Origin: Mobula hypostoma
Lineage: Eukaryota
DNA length: 64,000 nucleotides
Direction: 5' to 3'
Assembly: GCF_963921235.1 (NCBI RefSeq)
Contig: NC_086108.1
Location: 91,514,001 to 91,578,000 of the forward strand
Numbering within the stretch: position 1 is the stretch's first letter; the number at the start of each line of letters is the position of its first letter. This document shows positions 13,640 through 27,549 of this stretch, piece after piece. The notes beneath the pieces were generated by a model. It did not search any database and was not told the origin of the DNA. It saw nothing but the letters and a program-made list of their open reading frames with translations. The position numbers and the translations under genes are program-made.

Positions 13640-14200
13640 CAACAGACCTACATGGACGACCTCTGGCTGATCACCCTCTCACTTTAAGGATGCTGAGGAC
13701 TCAACCAGAGATGTCCCAGGCCCAGCCACCAGGAGGCAAAACACCATCTGGTAATCTCGTTCTCACCCACAGAACTTCCTGTCCATTCCCCGAATAAGGC
13801 CCCTATCACCACAGCATTGCTCTTATCCCCCCTTCCCTTCTGAGTCACAACCACCCCCCCAACAGTATCCAAAGTGATAAACCTGTTGTTGAGGAGGAAT
13901 CGTCACAAGGGTACTCTGCAAACACCTTTCCTCTTCCTGTGACTGTCACTCAGTTTGCTGTGTCCTGCACCTTGCTATAACTACCTCTCCACATGTCCTA
14001 TCTGTCACCCCTTCAGCCTCCCTAATGATCCGGAGTTCATCCAGTTCCAGCTCCGACTCTTTAATGCAATTCCTTAGAGGATGCAGCTGGATGCACCTCA
14101 CAGTTGTAGTCGTCAGGGACACTGGATGTCTCACTGCCTTCCCACATCATGCAAGAGGAGCACTGCACTATCCTGCCTGGCATCTCTACAGTCCTAACTG
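13640..14200 (-). mobile_element. CR1 ORF1 5' fragment (Cys motif plus leucine zipper)
   Basis: VQCSSCMMWE.SETSSVPDDYNC...ELELDELRIIREAEGV. Confidence 0.75.
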
Positions 14201-14969
14201 CACAGATAAAAAGGGAAGGAAAGAAAAAACTAGAGCTTTCCTTTTGCTTTTTGAAATTTCTTGTCTTGTTCGGCTTTTCTATAAATGAAAAATACTGATC
14301 ATAGTATTTTTTTCCTCTCGGAGACACTAAAGACCTGCCACCATGGAGGTCTCGTCACTGGGACAGTGAGTTGTTTACGTACTGCGCACTCCAAGCATCT
14401 TAACAGTTATATTTTATTAACCTATTTATCATAATATTTTGGTTTATGTGCTGTGTGACATATAGTCTGTAGGTGCATAGGTGCACCATGGTACAGAGGA
14501 ATGCTGCTTTGTTTGGTTGTCGATATGTAAAATCAGATGACAATAAACTTGAACTAAACCAGTTCTGTACCCTTCCACTTTCCTCATATTCATGTGCCTA
14601 TTTAAACATTCTTGAAAAATCCTTTATGTATCTGCCTCTACCACTACCGCAGGCAGAACAGCATCATCATCCACCAATCTATGTCAAACATTTGCCCCTC
14701 ATATCGCCTTTCAAATTACTCCCTCCCACCTTAAATGTATGCCTTTGTATTAAACATCCTTTCCACATCTTCGCTTTTATAAAAGACATAAAAAATTATG
14801 GGTAGGAAGATATACATTTTTCAGCATCAATGCTGAAATATTAGAATTTACCATGATTTCAAAAGTTAAGAATGTAGGAGCTGCCAAAACATATGATACA
14901 TATCAATGCAAATGTCCAGGGAAAATTATAAAGTGTAGGTACAGATTTGGTATTTTCATGAAAACAAAC

Positions 14970-15113
14970 CTGATTTAAAGCATTATCTGTCTTCAACTCT
15001 TTATGATTAGAGTACTGAATGTAGATAGGTTGGTTCCGAACATGAGGAGTTACGGCAGTATAATAATTCACCATAGTGATAGCTGCCTCTTCAGAAGCCA
15101 TTTCCAAAAAAGC
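14970..15113 (-). CDS. PTBP2: PTBP2 coding exon 5 (144 nt), rest of RRM1: [48 protein letters not shown]
   Basis: cttccag|GCTTTT...AATCAG|gtttgt; 48 codons; lies inside ORF 14859..15152. Confidence 0.97.
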
Positions 15114-15361
15114 CTGGAAGACCAGAAAAAGCACCTTAATAAGGATGAGCAAATTTTAAGAAAAACTAGTAAGCTCTAACAGTACAATTGGGCATATTCC
15201 TAGAACATATTACAACCATAATTTATACATTCTGTGAGAGACAATGGTTACTAGCTCTATTGACCTCACATGCAGAACACAAATTACATTTCATTATTTT
15301 TATATCCATAACAGTCTCAATATTACATAAGTTTTCAAAATAAATGGGGTCATTAAATCAA

Positions 15362-15566
15362 CCAACACACACAAAATGCTGGTAGAACGCAGCATCTATA
15401 GGAAGAAGCAGTGTCGACGTTTCGGGCCAAGACCCTTCGTCAGGAAGGGTCTCGGCCTGAAACGTCGACTGTGCTTCTTTCTAAAGATGCTGCCTGGCCT
15501 GCCACGTTCCACTAGCATTCTGTGTGTTGCTTGAATTTCCAGCATCTGCAGATTTCCTCGTGTTTG
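15362..15566. mobile_element. Short palindromic Penelope-derived insertion with two opposed hammerhead-like motifs
   Basis: gtcgacgtttcgggccaagacccttcgtcagg-aagggtctcggcctgaaacgtcgactg; degenerate flanking repeat GGGTCATTAAATCA / GGATCATTTAACCA. Confidence 0.8.
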
Positions 15567-15879
15567 GGATCATTTAACCATTTCTGCAATTCACTTAAAC
15601 ATATGATCACAAGTTAAGCTCCATTTACTATTCCTTCTTTTTACTTTATTTTCTCCCATTTTTTCCTGCCATTGCACCAGGAAAAGTAACAACTTGAGTG
15701 TAGATATGATTGTTAGAAGTAGAAACACAAGGGTTTCTGCTGTGATTTCATGCTCTTTCAGATGAATTACCATTTTCAAATTATCTTCACTATAAATTAT
15801 CAGATAAAAATTACTGTTATATAATGTATGCATTTACTAAGCATGATTTGCAATTTTTAAAAAAATGACCTCTAGGCAG

Positions 15880-16070
15880 CATGCCAGGGTCATCATTATA
15901 TGTCGCGTCTTATGACATGGATGATCATGATCTTCTTCATGAGCATGATTGTTTCTACAGAAGTGGTTTGCCATTACCTTCTTCTGGGCAGTGTCTTTAC
16001 AAGACGGAAGACCCCATACATTATCAATACTCTTCAGAGAAGTCAATGGTCGCATAACCAGGACTTGTGA
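15880..16070 (-). repeat. SINE or LINE tail fragment with RTE/BovB-type motif
   Basis: Minus strand AGAAGAAGGTAATGGCAAACCACTTCTG resembles the motif of BovB/Sauria-SINE-type tails. Confidence 0.5.
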
Positions 16071-17017
16071 CAGGGTAGATGTCAAGATATTTCTATTAAT
16101 GAGGAAGTGTCGAATGTGTAGAGATCGTTACAGGTGACTCTTGCATTACAGAGTGATGGGTGTGTTTTCCAAGAAAATGGTCCATACACAGTTTTCCATA
16201 TTGTGAAGACACATCATTTGTACTTCAGTTCTTGTGGTAAGATCGCAACATGTTTGGACACAGTGGCCTCTCAGTGGCCCACCCAAGGTTGATAATTAAA
16301 CTTGAACTTGTATATATCAACATATACACATTGAAAAAAAATGAACCTTTTATTTACTTTTTATTTCCACATGTATTCTGAGGGACCAAATTCTTATCCC
16401 TATCTCAGATTCTTGGGTAGTGATTTTTCAATTCTGTGAGGATGAATTACCATTACCCAAATAGCTGTAACATGGGGATTGCCTGTAGAAGATGATTATG
16501 GAGCAGTGATTTTAAACTGAGGAATATCGGAGAGGGTTGAACATGTAGAACTCTCTACCTTGGAGGACTGTGGAGGTTAGATTGCGAGGTAGATAAAGCT
16601 TTGAAATACCACTGAATTCTGTGCTGCTGGAGCAAGCGCACAAAAGATGAGACATGGTGCAGATCAGCCGTGATCAGATGACATAGGCTTGAGAATAAAG
16701 CCAACTCCAACAATTTTGTACATATCAAAATAAATTGTTTGATATAATTAGTAACTTTTGCACGATGTTGAAACTATTGACTAAAGGGTATGTATTTGAC
16801 CTTCTAGCTTACAGAGAGAATTCTTCAATATTACTGGCTATTAAGCCTACCTAACAACAATGCTATTGGACACCAAGAAAACCCCTGGGATTGACACCAA
16901 TCAGCAAGGAATGGCAAAAGAGAAATGTACAACAAATCAATTGATCTTTGTAAGCAACCATCTTCAAGATCTTTTGTGTTGCTTTGCCCTTGACAGTAGG
17001 CCACATATTTAAAACAC

Positions 17018-20000
17018 AGAACATAGAATAATAGTACAGCACAGTACAGTACAAGTCCTTCGGCCCTCATTGTTGTGCCGACCCTCAAACCTGCCTCCCG
17101 TATAACCCCCCACCTTTAATTCCTCCATATACCTGTCTAGTAATCTCTTAAATTTCACTACTGTATCTGCCTCCACCACTGACTCAGGCAGGGTATTCCA
17201 TGCACCAACCACTCTGAGTAAAAAATCTTCCTCTAATATCCCCCTTGTACTTCCCACCCATTACCTTAAAGCCATGTCCCCTTGTATTGAGCAGTGGCGC
17301 TCTGGGGAAGAAGCGCAGGCTGTCCACTCTATCTATTCCTCTTAATATCTTGTATATCTCTATCATGTCTCCTCTCATCCTCCTTCTCTCCAAAGCGTAA
17401 AGCCCTAGCTCTCTTAATCTCTGATCATAATCCATACTCTCTAAACCAGGCAGCATCGTGGTAAATCTCCTCTGTACCCTTTCCAGTGCTTCCACATCCT
17501 TCCTATAGTGAGGTGACCAGAACTAGACACAGTACTCCAAGTGCCTAACCAGAATTTTATAGAGCTGCATCATTACCTCGCGACTCTTAAACTCCATCCC
17601 TCGACTTATGAAAGCTAACACCCCATAAGCTTTCTAAACTACTCTATCTACCTGTGAGGCAACTTTCAGAGATCTATGGACTTGTACCCCCAGATCCTTC
17701 TACTCCTCCACACTATCAAGTATCCCACCGTTTGCTTTGTACTCTGCCTTGGAGTCTGTCCTTCCAAAGTGTACCACTTCACACTTCTCTGGGGTGAACT
17801 CCATCTGCCACTTCTCAGCCCACTTCTGCAACCTATCAATGTCTCTCTGCAATCTTTGACAATCCTCTACACTATCTACAACACCACCAACCTTTGTGTC
17901 GTCTGCAAACTTGCCAACCCACCCTTCTACCCCCACATCTAGGTCGCTAATAAAAATCACGAAAAGTAGAGGTCCCAAAACCGATCCTTGTGGAAAACCA
18001 CTAGTCACAACCCTCCAATCCAAATGTTCTCCCTCCACCATGACCCACTGCCTTCTGCAGGCAAGCCAATTCTGAATCCACCTGGCCAAACTTCCCTGGA
18101 TCCCATGCCTTCCGACTTTCTGAATAAGCCTACGGTGTGGAACCTTGTCAAATGCCTTACTAAAATCCATATAGATCACATCCACTGCACTACCCTCATC
18201 TATATGCCTGGTCACCTCCTCAAAGAACTCTATCAGACCACGATTCTCTAAATGCCCACAGATCCTATCTCTAAGAATCTTCTCCAACAGCTTTCCCACT
18301 ACAGACATAAGACTCACTGGTCTATAATCACCCGGACTATCCCTACTACCTCTTTTGAACAAGGGGACAACATTCGCCTCACTCCAATCCTCCGGTACCA
18401 TTCCCGTAGACAACGAGGACATAAAAATCCTAGCCAGAGGCTCAGCAACCTCTTCCCTCACCTCGTGGAGCAGCCTGGGGAATATTCCATCAGGCCCCGG
18501 GGACTTATCCGTCCTAATGTATTTTAACAACTCCAACACCTCCGCTCCCTTAATATCAACATGCTCCAGAACATCAACGTCATTCATATTGTCCTCATCA
18601 TCATCAAGTTCCCTCTCATTGGTGAATACCGAAGAGAAGTATTCATTGAGGACCTCGCTCACTTCCACAGCCTCCAGGCACATCTTCCCACCTTTATCTC
18701 TAATCGGTCCTACCTTCACTCCTGTCATTCTTTTGTTCTTCACATAATTGAAGAATGCCTTGGGGTTTTCCTTTACTCTAGTCGCCAAGGCCTTCTCATG
18801 ACCCCTTCTTGCTCTTCTCAGCCTCTTAAGCTCCTTTCTTGCTACCCTATATTCCTCAACAGACCCATCTGATCCTTGCTTCCTAAACCTCATGTATGTT
18901 GCCTTCTTCCACCTGACTAGATTTTCCACCTCACTTGTCACCCATGATTCCTTCACCCTACCATTCTTTATCTTCCTCACTGGGACAAATTTATCCCTAA
19001 CATCCTGCAAGAGATCTCTAAACATCGACCACATGTCCATAGTACATTTCCCTACAAAAACATCATCCCAATTCACACCTGCAAGTTCTAGCCTTGCAGC
19101 CTCATAATCTGCCCTTCCCCAGTAAAAAATTTTCCTGTCCTCTCTGATTCTATCCTTTTCCATGATAATGCTGAAGGCCAGGGAGCGGTGGTCACTGATC
19201 CCCAGATGCTTACCCACTGAGAGCTCTGTAACCTAACCCGGTTCGTTTCCTAATACTAGATCTAGTATGGCATTCCCCCTAGCCAGCCTGTCAACATACT
19301 GTGACAGGAATCCATCCTGGACACACTTAAACTTGCCCCTTCCAAACCCTTGGGACTAATCAGGTGCCAATCAATATTAGGGAAGTTAAAGTCACCCATT
19401 ATAACAACCCTGTTATTTTTGCACCCTTCCAAAATCTGCCTCCCAATCTGCTCCTCGGTATCTCTGCTGCTATCAGGGGGCCTATAGAATACTCCCAATA
19501 GATTAAGTGCTCCCTTCCTGTTCCTGACTTCTACCCATACTGACTCAAAAGAAGATCCTGCTACATTACCCACCCTTTCTGTAGCTGTAATAGTATCCCT
19601 GACCAGTAATGCCACCCCTCCTCCCCTTTTAACCCCCCCCCCCTTTTAAAGCACTGAAATCCAGGAATATTGAGAATCCATTCCTGCCCTGGTGCCCGTC
19701 AAGTCTCTGTAATGGCCACTACATCATAATTCCATGTATGTATCCAAGCTCTCAGTTCATCACCTTTGTTCCTGATGCTTCTTGCATTGAAGTATACGCA
19801 CTTTAGCCCTTCTGCCTTCCTACTTTTACACCCTTTATTCTGCATCTTTCCTCAAAGCCTCTCTCTATATGTTAGATCTGGCTTTACTCCATGCACTTCT
19901 TTCACTACCCTATCGCTCTGGATCCCATCCCCCTTGCAAACCCTCTCAAACCATACTCGCAAACCTACCTGCAAGAATATTGCTCCCCCTCAAGTTCAGG

Positions 20001-20255
20001 TGCAACCATCCAATCTGTACAGGTCCCACATTCCCCAGAAGAGATCCCAATGATCCAAAAATCTAAAACCCTGCCCCCTGCACCAACTCCTCAGCCACGC
20101 ATTCAACTGCCATCTCCTCCAAATTCTTACCATCACTATCACGTAGCACTGACAGTAATCCTGAGAACGCCACCCTTGAGGTCCTGTTCCTCAGTCTTCT
20201 GCCTAGTTCCCAAAACTCACACTTCAGGACCTCCTCCCTCTTCCTGCTTATGTCG
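17018..20255 (-). mobile_element. CR1 LINE, long copy: end of ORF1, APE endonuclease, RT (505-aa ORF 17700-19217), 3' UTR
   Basis: GVFYRPP, MGDFNFPNIDW, SDH, KSPGPDGIFPR, YRPVSL, MDFSKAFDKVPH, PQGSVLGP, KFADDTK; a few frameshifts. Confidence 0.95.
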
Positions 20256-21208
20256 TATACTTACAATGTTATTTTTATAGAGGAACTGAATTATACTCAC
20301 ATACATATACATACATATATAGGAATGATTGCAAATCTTGAGGAATTATAATTTACCTATTTTTATTTCATCATTCCTTGTTAATGTTTGTTAATAAAAA
20401 GGTATCTCTGTCATGAGCAAACCCTTGGGAATACATGTATTAACAAGGAATAAGGAAATACAAACGAATAAATTACATTTCTTCAAGATTATGAATCATT
20501 CATGATTTTTAATATAAATATAAGCACAATAATTGTGCTGATTTCTGTAGACATACCAGAACTGCTTTCAACTGTGTACAGTAATGCCACAATTTTACAG
20601 GAAGACAGAACAGAATATTGAAATACAGGAAAGCTCCAATAATTGGTGTCTGAAAGCTCAAAACTTGAAAGTTTAACACTTGGCTATCTCACTTGGAGTT
20701 CTTATTGCAAGCTTTTCTATAGCAATCGTCCAAACGGAGAGACAAATGTGCGGCCAAGGCTAGAAAGACATCTGAAGATCAGGAAGATGTGGCTTTAAGG
20801 GAGGTCCAGATTGGTTTGTATGCTTCAGCTTATTTTTGTTCAACTGAAACAGACAAGATGAAATTTACCATGTTCTATTTTCCACTCACTTTAAAGTCAA
20901 TGAATTCATTGAAAAATGAATACTGCTGTGTATTGTGTGAAAAAAGAGGAGATAATGTTAACTGAGTAACATCTAATTGTCAAGAAGATCTGCTACTCAC
21001 AGAAAAAAAGTTAAGTATGCTTGATTTTTAAGAGTTTAGTATATTAAAAACACACTTTAATAAATTTAAATTGTTAAAAAGATTTTTTGAATCTAATGGA
21101 ATACTTTAGTAGTAGCTAGGCATTACAGCTTACTAAAGCAGCCACTGCTGTGGAACTGTATTTGTTTTTAATTAAGCATATGCAGAAATCAGTCTAAGAT
21201 GTACACAC

Positions 21209-21381
21209 CTGGTTTTTCCCTTTCAGCATCAGAATGTTGGTAACTTTTCCAAATGGCAAACCCAAAGCTATGACCTCAGTTTCCATCACTTCAGTGGGCA
21301 GCTTCCTTATATGGAGAACACGGGATGGAGTTCCGAGCATCTTATCATCAACTTTAAATTTCTTGCTGTCATTCCCATTTG
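21209..21381 (-). CDS. PTBP2: PTBP2 coding exon 4 (173 nt), start of RRM1: (A)[57 protein letters not shown]
   Basis: gtttcacag|CAAATGGG...AAAAACCAG|gtgtgt. Contains the KKFK NLS half and the [14 protein letters not shown]1 motif. Confidence 0.97.
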
Positions 21382-23164
21382 CTGTGAAACATTAATGCAC
21401 ATCAAGTATAAAAAACAAATGAAAACCTTGTTCTGCGTAAAAAATAATGGTGTCTAGTTTCTATAAGAAATTCTCATAATTACATTTACAGTTAATGGTC
21501 TATTCTAATAAATTTTCTACACTTCAAAAGTTTAGAGTCCAATCAAAATTCGTTCCATAATAGCATAGCCCTGGGGGAAAAAATTATTGCAAACCATATT
21601 TTTTGGGGAAGGCACCAACTTAGAAGCGAAATTTTCAATTATTTTCCTAAAAACACTTACAAAATGTTGGCCAGATTGTAATAATGAGGTAAACACCATA
21701 GATAATAGTTTGAATTCATGTAAAATATGTCAAACAGAAAATCAACAAGTACAGACTATTGTTTATAAAGTCCTCAAACTGGACAAAATCTCTCAAAAAT
21801 ATCATAACCAACAACATGGTAGCCTACATTAAATTTTAATAAGATTCATTACTTTACTCAGATTGCTTAAAGCTGATGAGCAGAAAATACTCAAACAATA
21901 ATTAAACAAATTTTGCAACCCTAGGTAACTGTAAGTTACAATGTTTGTTTCTTTATGTTAAAGATGCAAGCTGGGTTAAATTATCCAACATCAGGCATAC
22001 TACTTTCAAATATAAATATCAATATACCTAGAAAAGTAATTCACCAATGAAGTAAGGGATTAAAGAGAAACTCAGGGAGAGAAGTGATTCCAAGAAGAAA
22101 TGATTAAACAAAAGCAAAGCTTGCATAGAACAAGGTTTTTGTACAGACACTGTACCACAAGGGAAATCACTGATCTGCAAATCAACAAGCAATTTGCTCA
22201 GGGTATGCACTTTGAACTGTTCATAAAGGGATAGAAATAACATGTCAAATAATTTCAAATGCTCATGATTAAAGAACAGAGAAGCTAGTACGCATACTAC
22301 AATATGGTATAAATTTTCACTATTAAAAAGTCGAAAATTTGTGGCGCAAGAGAACAAATTTAAACTGTTTTATTTCCAACATACTGGGCATGAGGATATA
22401 AAAGTACAAGGTCTGTTCACAAAGAGTAAGAATGCACTCTTGCAAAGAGTTCTTATTCAGGGGAGGAAGGGTAAACAAAAGCATGAAGAGGAAGACAATT
22501 CCAAATTCCACTGAGAATACTATTCAGCTGGTAGACAAATATACTCAGTGGGCTGATCTCAGAAAAGAACTAACAGCTCAAAATTGACCATCCACAAGGT
22601 AAGCTGGACAACCAACATTATAAGGCACGTGCACTCTCATAATCCATAACCTAATGGCTTGGCATATTCCTCACTCTATCGTGACTATCAAGCCAGGGAT
22701 CATCTCCAGTTCAATTAAATGTACGGAAGGTCATGTCATGAGCAGTTATACATTTTAGTTATATCTAAAAGGAGCCAGCCTAGTAAAAAGCAAAATAGAA
22801 GGCTACTTGCCTGTTAATCAACAGTATGCAAAAGACAGAGCATAGCAAATTGACTGCAAGCTAACTGAAATAATGAACAAAACTATCTTGTCATGTGGTA
22901 GACAAATAAACAGAACAAGAGAAGGATCTATCAACATCCCAACCTCAATGAAACTGGATCCAACATTTGAGTGTTAAAGTCTAAAGCATTTCCATCTATG
23001 TTCAGCCAGCATACAAAAAGATAATCCTCCTCGCCTTCCTCTTCATCATAGAATCCATTTTCCAGCAAATCTGATTCACACATCATGGGAAAAGCTGAGA
23101 GATGTGGTTAGCTAATACTAGAAGTGAGACAAGAGCATCTGCCCTTGTCATCAAGGCAGCATTT

Positions 23165-24055
23165 GATACTTTATACTTTATTGTCAGCAAACAATTGATA
23201 CTAGAACCTACAATCATCACAGCGATATTTGATTCTGCGCTTCCCGCTCCCTGGATTACAAATATATATATTAAATATTAAAAATTTAAATTATAAATCA
23301 TAAATAGAAAATAGAAAATGCAAAGTAAGGTAGTGCAAAATAACCAAGAGGCAGGTCCGGATATTTGGAGGGGATGGCCCGGATCCGGGTCAGGATCCGT
23401 TCAGCAGGCTTATCACAGTTGGAAAGAAGCTGTTCCCAAATCTGGCAGTATGAGTCTTCAAGCTCCTGAGCCTTCTCCTGGAGGGAAGAGGGACGAAAAG
23501 TGTATTGGCTGGGTGGGTTGTGTCCTTGATTATCCTGGCAGCACTGCTCCGACAGCATGTGGTATAAAGTGAGTCCAAGGACAGGAGATTGGTTTATGTA
23601 ATGTGCTGCGCCGTGTTCATGATCTTCTGCAGCTTCTTCTGGTCCTGGACATGACAACTTCCATACCAGGTTGTGTTGCACCCTAGAAGAATGCTTTCTA
23701 CGGTGCATCTATAAAAATTAGTGAGGGTTTTAGGGGACAAGCCAAATTTCTTTAGTTTTCTCAGGAAGTAAAGGCGCTGGTGGGCCCTTTTGGCAGTGGA
23801 CTCTGCTTGGTTGGACGAAGTCAGGTCATTTGTGATATTGACCCCAAGGAACTTAAAGCTTTTGACCTGTTCCACTTGCGCACCACCATGTAAATTGGGT
23901 ATTGCGGTTCGCTATTCCCTCTGAAGTCAACAACCAATTCCTTCATCTTGCTGACATTGAGGGATAGGTTATTGTCTTCGCACCATGCCACCAGGTTCCT
24001 AATTTCCCCTCTGTACTCAAACTCATCATTACCCGAGATGCGGCCTACAATTGAT
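23165..24055 (-). mobile_element. Rex1/Babar-like LINE 3' fragment
   Basis: VKSFKFLGVNI, AHQRLYFLRKLKKF, FYRCTVESIL, IIKDTTHP; ATACTTT tandem tail. Confidence 0.8.
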
Positions 24056-24177
24056 TGAGCGCATCATCAACACTCCCTGGCAAAATTGCAGTCAATGGCT
24101 ATTAAAAAGAAAATATTCCATTAGCCAGACCTTAACCTAATGCAAAGGAAGATGGTTGTGACTTCTGTAGATCAATG

Positions 24178-24555
24178 GTCATAGTCATAGTAGTCATAGT
24201 CATATTTTATTGATCCCGGGGGAAATTGGTTTTCCTTACAGTTGCACCATAAATGATTAAATAGTAATAAAACCATAAATAGTTAAATAGTAATATGTAA
24301 ATTATGCCAGGAAATAAGTCCAGGACCAGCCTATTGGCTCAGGGTGTCTGACTCTCCAAGGGAGGAGTTGTAAAGTTTGATGGCCACAGGCAGGAATGAC
24401 CTCCTATGACACTCTCTGTTGCATCTCGGTGGAATGAGTCTCTGGCTGAATGTACCCATGCCCAACTAGTACATTATGTAGTGGATGGGAGACATTGTCC
24501 AAGATGGCATGCAACTTGGACAGCATCCTCTTTTCAGACACCACCGTCAGAGTCC
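24178..24555 (-). mobile_element. Rex1/Babar-like LINE 3' end, second subfamily
   Basis: LSKLHAILDNVSHPLH; (GTCATA)n tail. Confidence 0.65.
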
Positions 24556-25397
24556 AGAAACCTAGCATCCAAAACCTAGCATCCCAATCATTCCTTCCAT
24601 TATAGGTGCCATCTACAAACTGCAGAGCAGTTATCCATCTGAGCCCCTCCCACTGCATAATCTCCCAAGCCCATGATTCCTACCATGAGGTACTAGGTAC
24701 ATGGAAGAGCTACCATATATAGGATCTATTCCATCTTCACTTGGAAATAGAATTTTGGTCCGTTGTTGCTGCTGGGTCTAAATCCTGGTATTCCTTGTCC
24801 ACCAGCAGTGTGAGAATAATTTCACCAGGATTGCAGCAATATAAGGCAGCAGCTCACCACCATCTTCTCTAGAGCAATTTGGTACAGGTAATAAATGTTC
24901 ACCTTGACAGCAATGCTTGAAGATTAAAAAATTACAAGGTAGGTAGACCAAGACACAAAACCACTACTGTATCCATCAGGGGCTGTAGTTCTGGCATAAA
25001 TGTTTGGCTCTGCATTGTACCAGATTTCCCAACACTAAGACTAAGCAACCTAGTGCTAACACTGCAATCCACAATGAATCAAAGGGATCAACTGTTGGGA
25101 GCAAACTAAGTGGTCTTATCATCATTTCTACTTATGTCAATTTTAAGGTTAAATAGCTTCAAAACCATTCTGTTAATTACAGGCCTTAAGAGCTGTTGAC
25201 TCTGAACATCAGAAAATAACTCTAAAATTATTAATAGCCAGTGAACTGAGAGGGAAGATGTTCAGGGCCTATCATCTTTGGAAGTTGCTTAAGTGTATTC
25301 AGCTGCCTGCTCTACAGCACAATTAGCCATACACCAAGGCTGCACCAGATTACATGCATTTGGGGTAACAGAAAAATCTACAACATGCAAGTACATT

Positions 25398-26460
25398 AAG
25401 ACCATAAGACATAGGAGCAGAATTGGGCGATACAGTCCATCGAGTCTGCTCCGCCATTCTGTCATGGCTGGTATCAGATCCCATTCAACCCCATACACTG
25501 CCCTCTCGCGATATCCTTTGATGCCCAGGAAACTATCAACTTTTGCCTTAAATATACCCACAGACTTAGCCTCCACTGCAGTCTATGGCAGAGCATTCCA
25601 TAGATTCACCACTCTGGCTAAAAAAAATCCTCCTTACCTCCTTTCTAGAAGGTTGCCACTTACCACAGGAAACACCTCTCTACATCCACCCTATCTAGAC
25701 CTTTCAACATTCAATAGGTTTCAATGAGACCCCCCCGCCCCCACTTTCTTCTAAATTCTAGTAAGTACAAGCCCAAAGCTGCCAAATGCTCCTCAGATGT
25801 TAATTCTTTCATTCCCGGAATCATCCATGTGAACCTCCTCTCGACTCTCTCCAATGACAACACATCCTTTCTGAGATGAGGCCCAAAACTGTTGACAATA
25901 CTCCAAGTGCTGCCGAACTAGTGTCTTATAAAAGCTCAGCATTATCTCCTTGTGTTTATATTCTATTCCCCTTGAAATAAATGCCAACATTGCATTTGCC
26001 TTCTTTACCACAGACTCAACCTGTGAATTAGCCTTCTAGTCTTGCATGAGGATTCCTAAGTCCCGCTGCACCGCTGATGTTTGAACCTTACCCCCCCATT
26101 TAGATAATAGTCCACACTATTGTTCCTTTAACCAAAATGCATTATTGTACAATTCCCAACACTGTATTCCATTTGTCACTTTTTTGCCCATTCTTCCAAT
26201 TTGTCCATGTCCTGCTGCAATTGCATTGCTTCCTCAGCACGACTTACCCCTCCACCTACCTTTGTGTCATCTACCACCTTCGCCGCAAAGCCATCAAATC
26301 TGTTATCCAAATCAGTGACAAACATTGTGAAAAGTAGCAATCCCAATACTGACCCCTGAGGAACACCACAAGTCACTGACAGCCAAGCAGAAAAGGGCCC
26401 TTTTATTTCTACTCGCTGCCTCCTGCCCATCAGCCATTCCTCTGTCCATGCCAGTATCCT
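25398..26460 (-). mobile_element. CR1 LINE 3' fragment
   Basis: GVPQGSVLG, DDTKVGG, KKANAMLAFISRGIEYK, LVRQHLEYC. Confidence 0.85.
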
Positions 26461-27259
26461 GCTTTATATTATTCGCTAGTTTGCCAATTATGTGGACTTA
26501 GAAATTATATATTTAGATTAGCGCAAATTTCTGACTATTGGATAGCCCACTAAATTTCTGACAATCACATTAAAAACTCATCAAATCCATGACTCCTGCA
26601 AGATATGAAAAAATTAAATCCTTAAAATACATGTTCAATATTTCAATGCTCACATAAATCCCTTCAGATAATGCTTTAAAAATAAATGAGTTATAAGTGT
26701 CCTAGTAGGCCAACTCATTTATTAATTTTGATTCTTAAACAGGTCCTTTAAATTCAGAACACAAGCTCTAAATAGATGGATGGATTATGTAGTAAATACA
26801 CCGAAATCAAAATTAAATGCTTTCTCCATTCATCTTCCAAACAAATGCATAGCAAACATGAACATCCAAACAGAAAACATTAAGATCGACCTATTAAAAG
26901 GATTATCATGAACACTCAAACTGAATTTACTAAATATTGCTAGCATTTGCAAGGCAGCTTTTAATCTTTTTAATACTAAATGCACCTCAAACATTTACTT
27001 GGCTTTCTGTGTCTTGGTCATTGTGCCTCAAACTAATTTATTGTTACAGGAAATTGAGTAAATGATAATATCGCCAATATTCCTTTATATAAATCAAGAC
27101 TAAGAGGATCCACAGGAAAATTGTTGACCATATGATTCTGGCAATGGAAATTAAAACAGGATTATATTGTAATTCCTTGGCTCAACTAAATTGGAAAGCA
27201 CTTGCTCCAGACGAGTTCTAAAGTCATAAAGCCCTACAAGCTAGCGTAAAATAGTATAG

Positions 27260-27544
27260 TGTAGCGGTGTGCTACACACAGCGCTAGAATAACCACACAG
27301 AGTCGGTGAGTTAGAGTTGCGATGAAAGAGATTTTTTCAAACTTCGCGGCCTGCTTTAAAGCCTTCCCGTTCCCGTCCTCCCTGGGCGGGATTGCTGTGG
27401 GGAATGCATAATCCCAGACCCTTTCTGCGTGCGGGATTTTCCCCCTGCTGGTGAAGATGGCCTGGCGCCCTTTTTGGGGCCGGCCCTCTGCCTGCGCGCG
27501 CTGTTGTGAACCGGTTCGTGTGTGCCAGAAAGTGGGTCGCCACA
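27260..27544 (-). repeat. Gypsy 3' LTR
   Basis: Direct repeat of 31353-31637, about 11 mismatches by eye; AATAAA mutated to AAAAAA in this copy. Confidence 0.95.
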
Positions 27545-27549
27545 TAACC

